Source of the DNA: Takakia lepidozioides
Taxonomy: Eukaryota > Plantae > Bryophyta
Assembly: GCA_030704615.1 (NCBI GenBank)
Contig: CM060732.1
Coordinates: 60,450,001-60,514,000 of the forward strand
Direction of reading: 5' to 3'
Length of the DNA stretch: 64,000 bases
Part shown: piece after piece, positions 23,246 to 35,930 of the stretch
How the letters are laid out: every line of letters begins with the position of its first letter
Numbering within the stretch: the stretch's first letter is position 1
The notes under the pieces: generated by a model
Told to the model about the DNA's origin: nothing
The model's input: only the letters and a program-made list of their open reading frames with translations
Databases searched by the model: none
Program-made: the position numbers and the translations under genes

Positions 23246-24280
23246 CCCCTCCAGGAGTTGATTGATTGCGCAAAGAGATGATTTGACCTTTGGGGGGCTA
23301 GAGGCTAACGTCAGTAAATGTGCACTGGTGGCATTCAACGACCGAGGGGAGGGAGGAGGTGATCTCAGGTGGCAATGAGGAAACCAAGAGATTCCGGTCC
23401 TCCCTTCCTACATATACCTCGACATTTAGTTTCCTCCAACTGTAATGGGATGCACATATTCAGAATGTTGTTCAAACTGGCAAGTGCAGAGCGTTGGGTC
23501 TCGCTAACTTTTTCCACTGCAGAGGGATCAACTCTGAGGTCAAAAAAACCATGCTTTGTCGTGTTATTAGACCTGCCTTGGAGTGCACATCTGCAATATG
23601 GGTTGATAACTCCAACCAGGCTAAGTCTCTAGAATCCATTCCAGTGGGGGTGCTTAAGGAGTGCATGTCAGCATGCTCCAAAACAGCCAATGTGGCTATT
23701 CGGGGTGAGTTTGGCATCCCTTCCTTCAGATCCCCACGAGATGAATTCAAGGTCAGATGGTGGGGTCAGCTGCAACATATGTCCAACATCAGATATCCTA
23801 AGTTAATCGACTCTATATCTTGGAAGCAGGATTGCCCTGTCAAACAGGCTAAGTCCTGGCGGGAGAGGGTAGAAGAGATTCCAAGGGATCTTAATCCAAG
23901 TCAGCAAGCCGTGACCCTCTTGGATAAAACTGACTTAGAGGTTGTAGTGTCCAGGAAGTTGTCTGATGAAAATGAAGTTAGGCGAAAAACTTCCCTGAAC
24001 TTGTTTCCAGTCTGCGACATGGGGGAGGACAGCATGGATGACCTCAAGGGTCTACCCACTCTCAGCACTAGACTGAAATTTAAACTCGAGGCGGGAAGCC
24101 TACCTTTCAACAGCAAACAGAAGCAGAGAGGAAATTGAGAGTGCAATTGCCCGTTGCCCGTGGGCATCCTAAAGACAATTCGTTTTCTGATTCATTGTCC
24201 GGGTTTCTCTCACTTCAAATCTATCAAGGGAATTGTGCCTGTACCTTTGTTTACGAAGTTTGAAAGTCTTGAGGCTCAGC
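23245..24280 (+). mobile_element. Family-A LINE, 5'-truncated RT C-terminal region; probable residual 3' tail at ~30738-30770
   Basis: LEANVSKCALV, IRPALECTSAIW...AIRGEFG, CPLPV..FLIHCP; inverted relative to 12560-13560; GGTACGGCAAACGTCTTCTGAGTACA appears after the nested inserts. Confidence 0.8.
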
Positions 24281-26188
24281 AAGACAATCAAGAAGCTGCA
24301 AAATGGGAGGGCAGTGGACATTTCAGGACTTCAGAGTGAATTCTGCATCAAGCACGCTGCACCTACTTTAGCCCCTTATATAGCTCACCTCTTCAATGAG
24401 GTAGTGCATCGGGGCTTTCCAACAGAATGGACAAAGAGCATCATCCACCCACTCTTCAAGAGCGGTGACAGGCTCGCACCGACCAACTATCGCACTATTA
24501 TGGTGTCCTCGTTACTTGCTAAACTGTTTGGGGTAGTAGTGGCCATGGAACTGGATGATTGGGCTGAGTCCTCTCACATTCGTGCTAAGGGACAAGCTGG
24601 TTTCCATCGCAACAGATCCACTCTTGACCACATTTTCACTCTTCAGGTTATGGTGGAACGTGCATGCTATGACAAAAGAATGGTCTATGTTTGCTTCGCG
24701 GACTTTCACAAAGCCTTTGATTCAGTTCCTTGGGACCTTCTCTTCCAACGGCTCCATAGAGTGGGAGTCCCTCCAGACATCATTTGTGCCATCTCTTCTA
24801 TGTATGAGATTGTCACGGGCATGGGCAACGTCGCTGGTGAATTCTCAGCCTAGGTCCAGAGCAACATTGGAGTCAAACAGGGCTGCCCCCTTTCACCTAC
24901 CCTCTTCGGGATCTACATTGACGCCTTGGAGGTTTACATATCAAAAAAACCATGGGGTTGGGGTACCATTGGATGGGGTACCAACACAATCTGATCTCCT
25001 CTACGCTGATGATGTTGCCCTTTTGGCACAATCCCCGGTCTTCCTGCAACGCCATCTCCACATCTTGGAACAGTTCTCCAAAGACTATGGGATGCAAGTC
25101 AATCTTAGCAAGACCAAGATCATGGTCTTCAATGGCCAGGCTGATCGTAGATTCATCTTCAACCAGCAGTAAATTGAGATTGTGAAATCATACCGGTACC
25201 TGGGTCTGGTTATCCACTCCCCCAAATTCCACTTTGCAGCCACTGCCCTGGACAGATTGACTAAAGGTAAGGCGGCCTCCGTCCGCCTTCAGGCCAAATG
25301 CAAGCAAATACATCTGCATCACCCCCCAACCAAAAAGTGGCTGTTTGACACCGTCGTCAGCCCTGCTACCATCTATGGTTGTGAGTTCTGGGCACCTGGT
25401 GTCCCTGTCTCCTGGTGGGAAAAGAATCTGGAACCATTGCAGTCATCTTTTCTCCAAGCAATGCTTGGCGCCAGAAGCACAACTCCATCTCATATCCTAG
25501 GTGCAGAGTTCGCATGTGTACCATTGCTAACCGAGGCCCTCTTCCGGCTTACAATCTTTCTCCATAGATTACAGGCCCTTCCACCCAAGGGGCTCGTGGC
25601 AAGGGCCCTCGCAACATCTATAAGGCTCAAAGCTGTAGGTTTCAGGAACTCAATATGCTCGAGTGGACAGTTTACTTCAACGCAACGGACTCTCTACGCT
25701 TCCCTATTGCCAAAGAATCCGGATGAGGTGGACATCACATCCAGACATGACCGCAACAAACTGATTAGGAGATGGAATTACAAGCCAAGAGAACTTGGAA
25801 GCTACCCAATCTCACGACGAGCTCCACTTCTATCGAGAGACATTCTTGGTGCTCCGCGATGATAGAATCTTGAGACCAAATTACCTTTCAGCATCCTTAT
25901 CTCCTTCCCTCCTGAGGGCATTGGGGCAGTTCAGGGTGGGTTCCCACAACCTACGGATAGAGACTGGCAGGTGGGAAAACCTGCAATGGGAGGACTGCCT
26001 GTGTCCAGCTTGCATAGGGCGCAGCTAGGAAATTGAAACTCCCTCTATACTACGAGATCCGTGGGAGATTCCACTGTTTATTCAGTGGAACTCGAAGTCT
26101 TCCACTATGAGGATAAAAAATGCTTGGCAGCCTACCTGCACGAGGCCTTCACCCTTAGACAATCGCTAGAACATTAGTTTTTATTCTT

Positions 26189-29100
26189 TGATGAAACCCT
26201 GTAAGACTCTATTTACAACATGTACAATGGGTGAAGGTGCATATGATGTGAAGTTCCCAAAAAGGGGGGGGAGGAACAAGAAACAAGAGAAGAAAACAAA
26301 AAGCTATAGTAAGCTACTCAGCTAGAGAAAAAAACAAAAGCTATAGTAAGCTACTCAACCAGCGACGAAAACAGAAGCTATAGTAAACTACTCAAGCAGA
26401 GCGACCCTCCCAGCCAACAGCCTGGAGGAGATCAGGCAAGGAGATAGGCAAAGTGTCAGGCAGAGGCGGAAGACGAGATGACGCGGAGCTAGCCACATCA
26501 GCCCGATGCAAAATAGAGATGGCTTATGCTCTCTGCAAAGCAACTGAAACACGTTGTCGATAGTAGGCGACAAGGACGGAGGCATGTGGGATGCCAGTGG
26601 ACCCACTCTTGGTTGCATGATGTGCATATGTCCGCAGGAAATCGTTGAAGTGTCGGTGCAATGAGCCAAATATTTCGACCGCCAGTGGAAGAAATGTGTC
26701 GGTGGGGTGACGATCGCTGTAGTCGCGCTCCTTGGCCTGGGCTGCTACAGTGACTGTCGTGCCTGGTGTGGTAGCTGTACGAGATAGCAGATCCGCTCGA
26801 GTAGGGTCGGCGAGAACGACATCTGCTAAGGTACGCAAACTATCTCTAGATAGGACGATGTCAACACGGCGGCGTGTAGAGTGGGACGTGAGCGTGGGTT
26901 GTAGATGTGGTTGCTCACGCAGTACATGATACCCTACCTCCCGAGCAATAGATGTCACCGCATCGCGAACCATATCATGAGGCGTAGTGTGCTCACCACC
27001 ACATGGACAGCGAAGGAGATGGATGGCAAGGTCATCGATGGGCTGAAGACAGACGCAGCACTGAAGGCCCAATGCCGAAGGATGAGGCAAACCGAGTCGA
27101 AGGCGGAGCGCAGTAGTGAGAATAGGGGATGAGAGGCGAAAATGTGCGATAGTGGGTCGTACTGTCAACCATGCCCCTGCTCCGGGTCCCGCGCATGATA
27201 GAAGTCTGGCTCGATGCAACTCAGAAGAAGCACTTGAGAGCATGCCGGAAAAGGAATCATGGTGCACGCGCTCGGAAATGGACTCCTGAAGATGGTCGAG
27301 GCCTTGAGCAACCAACTGTTCAAATGGTGGTAGACATGCTCGCGTCGGTGCCGGAAGAAGATCTCGTGCAGAGCGGAGATGCTGCTGGAAGGGTAAAATG
27401 CCACTGTCGACATGTGCAACGGCGTCCATAAGGATGGGACGATGGTCACAGAGAAATCGTGAAGCGAGGGCTGGCGCCACCAATGCCCAACTGCCGAGGA
27501 AAGCTGATGGGGCGGTAGTGACAGTGGACAAAAGACCCACACCACCGGAAGAGATGGGCAAGGTGGCTTGCTGTCGTGGCAAAAGTCCCTGAGCACCCTC
27601 CAGATCTCCTGGTCCTAACAATCTCTCGAAGATAGTCATCATGGTAGTATCAAACCCAGATAAGAGGTGTAGGAAATCTGGGCTGGGTGGAATAGTGCGC
27701 AAGAGATATGAGGGACGCTGAAGGAAACATTTGGTCAAGATTCCATATGCTACCTGTACATCTCCGAGCCTAGGAAGGAGATCGGCGTGGGTGGCATCCT
27801 GGTGGAGTGCATCTTCCAAGAAGGACGTTGTGAACTGGGTGGTGCCAAAAGGGACTCCCAGGATTCTGATGTCATTGGGCGGAGCAATGAAGTGAGCAGG
27901 GAGGACAAAATCTGCAGGGAGACTGGACGGAGACCACACTGCACATTTGCGAGGTTGCACTGAAAGGCCCACGGCAGAGAGTTGGGTGACAAAATGATAG
28001 TAAGCTGAAAGTACCTGTGAGGCAGGGCCTACAATGTGCGTGTCGTCTGCCACCGACGGAAAAAGACAAGATGAGTGAACTTGTGCAGAAGTCGTGAGGG
28101 CGCGGACATGAGCCATGGCAAACAAAGGTCCTCATAAAGGGTCGCCTTGGCGGGTCCCAACCTCGGACTGAATGATGGAGCACTCACCTAGGCGAGAATG
28201 ATGACTGTAGTATAGGGGAGTGGTGGATGCATAAAATAATCGAACAAACGGAATGAGCTGGTGGAAATCTCCTCCGGCTAAACGGAGCTCCTGAAAGATA
28301 GCCGCTCGTGACACAGTGTTGAAAGCGTTGGTGACGTCGACCTGGAGAACCACCCAATCCGGATGAAGATCAAGAGCTACACGAATCCCCTGAACCGCCG
28401 CCTCGCAACCGCCTGGAGTGACGACCCCGAACTGGTGCGGAAAGAGGTGTCCGGAGAAGGCATCTCGAAACTGAAGACAAAGTGAACGGCTGACAAGGCG
28501 GTAAAGAACCTCTCCAACTGCGATAGGGCGGATGCCAGTACCTGAGGGTTTGCTCATAGCCAACAATCTGGAGGCCACAAGGAGACGGGCCACTGGGGCA
28601 GGGATACGGCCAGCAGCAATAAAGGAGCAAATCTGAAATAGCTGAGAGAAGCCACTAGCGGAGTCATGTGGAGAAAAACAGTCGCGTAAGTGCTCATACA
28701 AGAGACCAGAAGGACCTACCGCTGCAAGATGGGGACTACATATAAAGGCCTGAGTGAAGACCTCCCGATCTAGCTTGAGATCCTGGTCTGGCTCGAAGTC
28801 CTCAACAAAAAGCGGCAGAATATCCTGAGCTGATGGGTGAAAGGCTTCGAGGGCAGTGACAGTATCCGGTGATGGAGGCGCTGGTGAGGAAGGTGCTAAA
28901 GCCTTGGCCGCGCGTGAGTACTCGCCAACGCGGCCTAACATGAGACTATGACGAAGTCGCCTGTGGGCCGATGAGGGTGGCTGCGTGGAGGAAGCGGGAG
29001 GGGCGCGTGCCGCAAGGGCTAGTGCCCGTAATTGATGCTCATCTTGCAGACTCTCCCAATCTCCAGATAAAAAACGGCGAAGACGGATGCGCGTCTCTAT

Positions 29101-30621
29101 GTGCCCTGACTGACCGCCACGAGGGGGCAAAACCAAACACCACTGAGGAAATAACAAGAAAAGATACCAGTCTGTCTAAGGGTAGACGGAGTGCCAGTTG
29201 GAACTCATGACGTAGTGCTACCGGAATTCTTGTATAAAGACGAGGCCTTGGCAGTCCTAGCTGAAATGCGCCCAGAACATCTAGCGCTGAAAGCCAATGC
29301 CAAGCAGAGGCAGGAGGTGGCGCGTGCAAGACACTAGGCTGAAATGGAGAAGTACCATTTGTGTGGGACTAATGAAGAGCCGCACACGTGCGCTGGTGTC
29401 GCGCAAGCCCTCTGATGCGCACAAAAAGACGACCGCAAGCTGGGCATGGGGTATGGTCTGATGGGAGAGGCGCCTGCTGTTGGGTTAAGAGTGATGGGGT
29501 CGGCAATGCAGGCTGCACAACTGGAGAAGAAGGCATGTGGAGAGGCTCATGACCAAGAGGAGTTGGGCTGCCTTGAAGCCGCTGCCGAGAATGGGATGGA
29601 GAACCTGGAGGAGAAGTGACTGGCGTGGGACCTCGAACCCTACCTGAGAGGCGTAGCGGGGGAGGGCTCAACAGACACTGTGGGAGTTCTTCGGTCGGTG
29701 GGACGCCAATGGAAGAACCTGGAATCAGCGGTGGAGAAGACCGTTGTGAAGATGACGACTCGTCTTGAACTTGGTGTCTGGAGCTTGGACTCTGGTGCGC
29801 ATCAGGAACATGTGAGCTAGGGGTAGGGGTACGTTGGCGTTGGGGTCTTCCAAGAAGAGCAAGTCTTCCAGTAGGAGCAGTTGCGGCTGTGTTCAGCACC
29901 TCTCGTTGCTCTGGGGAGCGAACTGCCAGGGATGGTGGAGTAGGCAGTAAAGGGGTTGTGGTGAGGGCTAGAGTTGGCTGCCTGTACGGCATCGGGGCTG
30001 AACGAGCTGGGGGACGAGCCGATCGAGGCCGCCTGACCGGCGTGGGGCCCACTGTTGCATAGCGGCCGCTTGCTCGCTTAGCGCTGCTACCGCTGTCGCT
30101 ACTGCTAACACCTCCACTAAGTTGGCGGCGCTGCAGGCCTTGCCGAGGTTTGGCGGCGACGCCACTCATCGTACTTATCGTGTCCACGCACGTCAAACTC
30201 CAAGACCTTCTTCTTCCCTGCTCCCGGCAATCGATATGGGATAATTTTGTCGTAGTATGGACTTCCCTCACAAGGGGAAGGGTATTATTACCACCTCTGA
30301 AACTTCCAAACTCTTCCTTTGCTACAGAGCTCCGCTTGCTGCTGTCTCCATACCCCGGGAACTGTCTCAATGCTTCTTCTTCTGCAGAGCTTGCAGCAAA
30401 GGGATGCTTCAAGCAAGCAAGTGCGGATTGGGTGATGCAGAGTTCACCGTGGGCTTTGTGGGATCCGACCCACTGCTGAGGAACTCTTCTTGTCTCTCTC
30501 GCCGAAATCCCACAGGCAAAGTTGTATGCGGATGATAAGGGACGTCGAACTTCCGGAATATGCACCAGACGATTTTGAGAAGGAGACAAGACCCTCGGCG
30601 GATTGGAGGAGCGATGAGCAC
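26189..30621 (-). mobile_element. CRE-clade non-LTR retrotransposon (C2H2 ZnF - RT - CCHC - restriction-like endonuclease), near intact
   Basis: CPACGRLFVRIRGLARHQRTC; IRPIAVGE, QFGV..GGCE, DVTNAFN, GTRQGDPL*GPLF (in-frame stop), VADD; CCVC..HLLRC, HD..RR.DI..ADV..DP..K..Y..PLAVE.FG; flanked by TTATTCTT at 26181-26188 and 30622-30629. Confidence 0.88.
26300..26395. repeat. Three direct repeats (AAGCTATAGTAAGCTACTCA) in the CRE 3' UTR
   Basis: Copies at ~26301, 26338 and 26375. Confidence 0.8.
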
Positions 30622-31456
30622 TTATTCTTGGGTTCTAGTTTTGTTTCCTCTCATGTTTTCTTCCATTTTGTCCCATAAGCTCTATAAGCTTTCCGCGGAC
30701 GTTATAAAGCACCATTTCATTTCATTTCTCTCCCTCTATGGTACGGCAAACGTCTTCTGAGTACATTCTTTGGAGGGATGAGAGATGATCTCAGATGGGC
30801 ATGCATCATGACAGAGGTGAATAAGGCAACCGTAATGCTTATATAATGATGTTGGAGACTTGGCATTGAAATCTTGTACTAGAATCTAGTGTTGTTAGAG
30901 AGTGACAAGCATCCATTGGAGAATTGTGTCTAGTCTCTACCTATTCTGGTATTTGCAGCAAAGGTTTACCAACACACCGCCAGTGAGAGAAAACACAACT
31001 GCTGATGGGAGAGTGGTTTAGTAGAATTTGTTGCATCCTAGTTATGAAGAATTTACAAATAGAGAGAGTGGGGGTGTGAGAATACACTTTGGCAAGACAA
31101 AGATGAGATGCAATTTCACTGGAAGAGGGAAAAACGTCGGTGACGGAAGGTAGTAATGTTCTCATTTTGCGGTGGCAGTAGACATTAATTTGGATAGGAT
31201 GGACCAGTTAGTGTGGGCTCCTTAGTGTGAAGCCTCTTCTTTTCTCTACAATGGCCGTTTCATGTCCAGTGATCATCAACTCCATGGCTCTCTATTCCTA
31301 AACATTCATCAGGAACTGAATCATCCTCTGAATGCAAGTGTCTAAGGCATGAAAAACAGATTAGTGGGTGAACACCTTAGAACAGATGCAAATGCGAGTC
31401 TTAATTAGAGGCGGAAGACAGGGTTGGCGACCTGTGTTGCACCATTGCTAGCGGTG

Positions 31457-32933
31457 CAGTCTGCCCTGGATAAATGTTAACCGTCGGGAGTACGAAAAAA
31501 ATAACATTTAGACAAGGTTAACACATTAACACTTATGAAGGGGTTAATTATAGCACATTAAAATTTACAGAAAACAAATATAAGATTTATGAAATTAACA
31601 CTCATGAAACAAAGTGTTATTATATGGAGTCATTCAGTTATGGGTAGGAAATATGAATCGATTGTGGTCTGATGAGTATCTCTAATATGCATATCATCCA
31701 GTTCTTTCTCGAGGCGTGTCATGGCTAAAATAGTTGTCATAACGTCATAAGGTCTTTGTTCCAAATATTGAAAAATTGTAGCTATGGCCATTTTGGCATC
31801 CTTGGATCAACGTATTCGCTTCTGATCTGATCGCTTTATTATTACCTCTTGCTTACTTTCCAGTCTCTTGATTGGTTATGTTTTAGGATGTAATCTTATC
31901 ATAATCTAATCTAGTGGGAACTTATAATTATGGAGCATATCTCGTGTTGGGTGAAGCCTTTATGGTGCACTTAACATTTATTGAGGGCAAATTAACCCTT
32001 GAGTTCCCAAGCGACCTGAATCGGGTCACTTTGAATTTGCAGGTCGTCCTAATTTTTGCAGATCTAATCTGATGGGGCCCACTCCTAAAGCTTTAATGAC
32101 AAGGGATTTGTCTCGAGTATGATGCAAAAAACAAAAGCTACGACCTACAAAAAATATCTTAGATCTCTCATTTACGTTTTGGGGCCTGAAAAGGGCTTGT
32201 TGACCGCTGACGTGGCAGTAAACAAGCCCAAAACAGATTGCACTCCAAAGGCCATTTTTGGCAGAAAATTAGCAATTTTGGAAAAAGCACTTCACTGTGG
32301 TGTGTGAGCATTACATACACACATCCACCATTGGGTTTTAAGAAATTTGTAGAAAAAAAAAGTACTTCATTTGGAGGCACATTTTCTCTTGTCAATTTTG
32401 AGATTTCAACCCCCATGTAATTGCATGCATAGCAACCATAGGTGAAAAAATCAGTTGGACCTGCAATTTAGTGGGGTCATAGCCACTCCACTATTGATTT
32501 GGAAATGGTGGGTCTTGGGGCAAGCAAAATTGGATAAAGTTGGGTTTTGATTTGGTCAAACCAATTTCTTTCTCACTTTTTTTTTGGGACCTGATATTTG
32601 AGGTCTGGGCCAACGCTATAATCTCACAATTTCCACGGTGGACTTGGCTCATTTTTTGGTATGTCATGCATAAATGAGCTGGGCCCATTGCTATAATGCT
32701 GGAATGTCTGGATGATTTTTGGTAGGTTTCTAGGGGCAAATTACTGCAGCTGGGTACCCAAAATTGGTAAAATGTCAAAAAAGGGCTTGGGAACTTAAGG
32801 GTTAACAAAGAGGGACAATTGTTAAGAAATAACACTTAACATTTGCTAGTGTGCACTAGTAGGGGAGTAAAATTTTCTTAACATTTATGGTAGTTTAACG
32901 TTTATAGAGGTAACATTTATCCAGGGCAGACTG
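31457..32933. mobile_element. Non-autonomous Tc1/mariner-like TIR element
   Basis: 23-bp TIR CAGTCTGCCCTGGATAAATGTTA at 31457 and its reverse complement at 32911-32933; TA on the right flank, TG on the left. Confidence 0.75.
31996..32801. mobile_element. piggyBac-like MITE (806 bp)
   Basis: TTAA|CCCTTGAGTTCCCAAGC ... GCTTGGGAACTTAAGGG|TTAA: 17-bp TIR with 1 mismatch and TTAA on both sides. Confidence 0.8.
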
Positions 32934-33527
32934 TACTAGCAACGTTCACCTCCAAAATATCTTGCCCCAGAGGCATTCCAACATGTTTTCTCGTGTCGGC
33001 CCGGTGGAGAGATTGAGAGTCGTCTGGGTTGGGCATTTTTTTTTCTTAACCAAGTCCGCGTCTGGATCCGGGTTTTTGAGATTGGGAAAATTTGCGGGTC
33101 GGGGTATTTGAACACAAGGTCCGGGTAGTTGCTGGAAAATATCAACTGATTCACGAGTTCAGATCCGGGTCCTAATTAAATGATTAAATAAATTAGAAAA
33201 ATGAGATTAATTAGAAAAAAAAAATTGTTTTTAGTTGGAAAAAAATTCGAATGGTGAATTTTATTTTAGGACATATTCCTTCAAGATGTACCAGAATATA
33301 TATGGCTCCTTCACAAATTACATACATGATGACACAAGAATTAGAATAGAATTTGAGGTCCACCCATCAATTTCAACTCTTGAACATATTAAGAAAAGTA
33401 ATATGAATCATAGATCACTATTAGCTAAAAGACCGCATATCAATAATCACGCCTCTCATTCTAGATTAATAGCGTCTTGAATGCAATGCGGGACCCACAC
33501 ATGGTGGAGCCCTAAAAAATGAGAAGG

Positions 33528-34710
33528 TCACCCCGTCCCACCCGGTCCATGGGTCTGGGGGATGGTCTGCAGCATGTTGGGTCTCTTCATGCCCCACCAG
33601 CAGACCCGCAGGCCAGCAGATTGGGAGCCGGTTAGGGAGCCGTCAGTATAAAGAGAGTTGGTTGGGGGGTATTTGAGGGGTGGAATTTGTTGGCATAATG
33701 GGGGGGCACCGAGAGCAGATATTAAGCAGGGGGTGGGGGAGGGGGGGCATGGTAGCGCCCTTGTCCAGGTTTTGCATGGGTTAATCCTGGGAGTTGGGCT
33801 AGGAGTAGTACGGTATGGGGATAGGTGCGGGAAGGTTGTGACCTTCATGTCATGTGTACCCACTAGTAGGCAGTTGAGGTAGGCGGGGAAGTCCGGGGTA
33901 TGAGGGGGGGGGGTACTTTGAACATGCAACACCAAGGTTAGGGTGGGCTCCGAGTATTTGAGGTATTAGGGGAGGGCGGGGCGTGCACGTATCGGAGCTG
34001 GTTTGGTTCAATGGCGGCTAGAGGTGTGACCCTGGGGGGGGTGGGAGAAGAGGGTGTCAGGGGTCGGGTAACATTTGCTACATGAGTATAAGGATAGTGA
34101 TGATAGATGGAGAGGAGTAGGCCGAAATATGAGCCCATTGAAGAGCTTCTTGCGCGCGGAGACCTGGTGGCAGGTGGGCAAGGCCCTTGCCAGTCCAGGT
34201 ATGTTGTGTGGCGGATCCAGAGGCTCCAAAGATGCAGTCACGATAGTAAGGGCTGGAGTATAATGATAACTCCATAGGGCACGTGAGCGAGCTTGAGTAA
34301 TAAAAGTGTGTGAGTTGAAATGAGATGATGAGGAGTGCAGAATGTCTGAGGGGATGGTATTGTGGATATAAGCTTGTGTTAGTTTGAGGGGGGTGCGAGG
34401 TTTTTCTAGGGGAGGTATCACACAAGTATCAGTCGACAAGCCAAAAAAATTATGTAGCCAAATCTTATCTGGGTGGCTGCAACTAGCTTGTGTATGAGGA
34501 TGAAGTGAAGTATCTGTGCCATAGCCAAGCCAATTTGTCGTTGGGAATTAATCCAATGTAACTTCCATTTTGGGCATAGATGTTGGACATACGGTGGCTA
34601 GAGCGTATTATGGGGGAAGCATGCATGATGTCTTTGTCTGGGTTGTAGTCTATGATACATATATGTACATCCGGAGCAACTAAGGGGTTGTGAATGTAAG
34701 TAGTTTCATT
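33528..34710 (-). pseudogene. Degenerate non-LTR retrotransposon fragment including an RNase H N-terminus
   Basis: LYTDGSLTGSQSAG (YTDGS RNase H motif) after a broken Pro/Thr/His-rich ORF. Confidence 0.5.
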
Positions 34711-34839
34711 ACTTTATGTTACAATTTAGTCTTTATGATTTTTATCATATGAAACAGCTTATAATGTTTTGCAATCTCACAATAGTTTTTGTGGTTGAAA
34801 CAATGTGCAGAAATTGAAGGCTTGAGCACATTAGATGAT

Positions 34840-35520
34840 ACTAGGGTAGTCTGTGCCGTTGGCCCAAGTGTCCAGTGACACCTAAGTCCAAGTGCAATCC
34901 CCTAAGTATCTAGAGACCCTCTTGTTTGGAGATCTAGGCCTAGGGTAGCCTGCGCCATTGGCCCATGTGTTAAGAATTGAAATCTAAGTCCAAGTGCAAT
35001 CCCCTATGTATTCAAGTAGCGTCTCCTATGTCAAGGCCCACGTGTGAAGAATTGAAATCTAAGCCGAAGTGCAATTTCTTATGTATCCAAGTGGGTCTCC
35101 TATGTCGAGGCCCAAGTGTGACCTCTATTGTAGCCTATGTCATTGGCCCATGTGTGAAGAATTGAAAGTGCAATCTTCTATTCTTGAATCCAAGTGCATC
35201 TCCCATGTACAGGCCCAAGTGTCCAATGTCATCTAAGTCCAAGTGCAATCACACACATAGATATATATATATATATATATACATCTCAACGTGACAAAAC
35301 AAACAAATAAACAAACAAATCGTCTTAATTCATATATTGACTAGGGTAGCATGTGCCGTTGGCCCAAGTGTCCCAAGTGTCATCTAAGTCCAAGTGCAAT
35401 CCCTTATGTATCCAGAAACCCTACAGTTTAGGAGATTTGGGGTAGCCTGTGCCATTGGCCCATATGTGAAGAATTGAAATTTAAGCCTAAGTGCAATCTC
35501 ATATGTATCCAAGTTCGTCT
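34840..35520 (-). repeat. Degenerate tandem repeat with Helitron-like 3' termini
   Basis: Repeated AAGTCCAAGTGCAATC units and CTAGGGTAG..TGTGCCGTTGGCCCA modules (CTAG next to a hairpin-like sequence) at ~34840, 34940, 35340 and 35440. Confidence 0.5.
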
Positions 35521-35531
35521 TATATCATTTC

Positions 35532-35917
35532 TGTAACAGGGTAGAATCTAGAAGGTTCTAGATAGAGGAGGAAAGTTCCCTAGAAGTTTCCAGAATAATT
35601 AGGAATGATCCTAAGAAGTTTGACTTGAGGCTCTCAAGTCAAACCTCTAAGATATTCATATTATGGAGAATATGTCAAACCTATGAAGGTTGACTTTAGG
35701 AAGTATCTTTGATAAAGTCATATTGTGGAGAATATGTCAAACCTACGAAGGTTGACTTCAGGAAGCTTTGACTTGAGGCTCTCAAGTCAAACCTTTAAAA
35801 TAATCATATTGTGAAGGGTATATAAATCTGCAATGAAAGCCTAGAAGGCATCGAGTTGTTTTGGGAAAAAATTGAGAAGTACTTCTATTCTAGTTTGTGT
35901 AGATCCTGGGTGTTACA
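35532..35917 (+). repeat. 5' LTR of chromovirus
   Basis: TG...CA ends, similar to 55356-55692, followed by the PBS. Confidence 0.95.
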
Positions 35918-35918
35918 A

Positions 35919-35930
35919 TGGTATCAGAGC
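35919..35930 (+). promoter_or_regulatory. Primer binding site (initiator tRNA-Met)
   Basis: TGGTATCAGAGC 1 nt after the LTR. Confidence 0.9.

Larger units (their letters stand above)
24281..30730 (+). mobile_element. RTE-like LINE (family B), degenerate RT, interrupted by a CRE element
   Basis: PLFKSGD..NYRTI, GQAGF..RSTLDH, FADFHKAFDSV, GVKQGCPLSPTLF, LLYADD, YRYLG, HNLRIETGRW; the 3' UTR resumes at ~30630 and ends in (CATTT)n. Confidence 0.85.

Noticed and set aside
26189-26202. Telomere-targeting by the CRE element (AAACCCT near its 3' end)
   Set aside because: Only a single heptamer, inside the element; the flanks are not telomeric repeats
30540-30621. HDV-like ribozyme at the CRE 5' end
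   Set aside because: A CTCCTC loop-like motif is present, but I could not build the nested double pseudoknot by eye; a covariance-model search is needed
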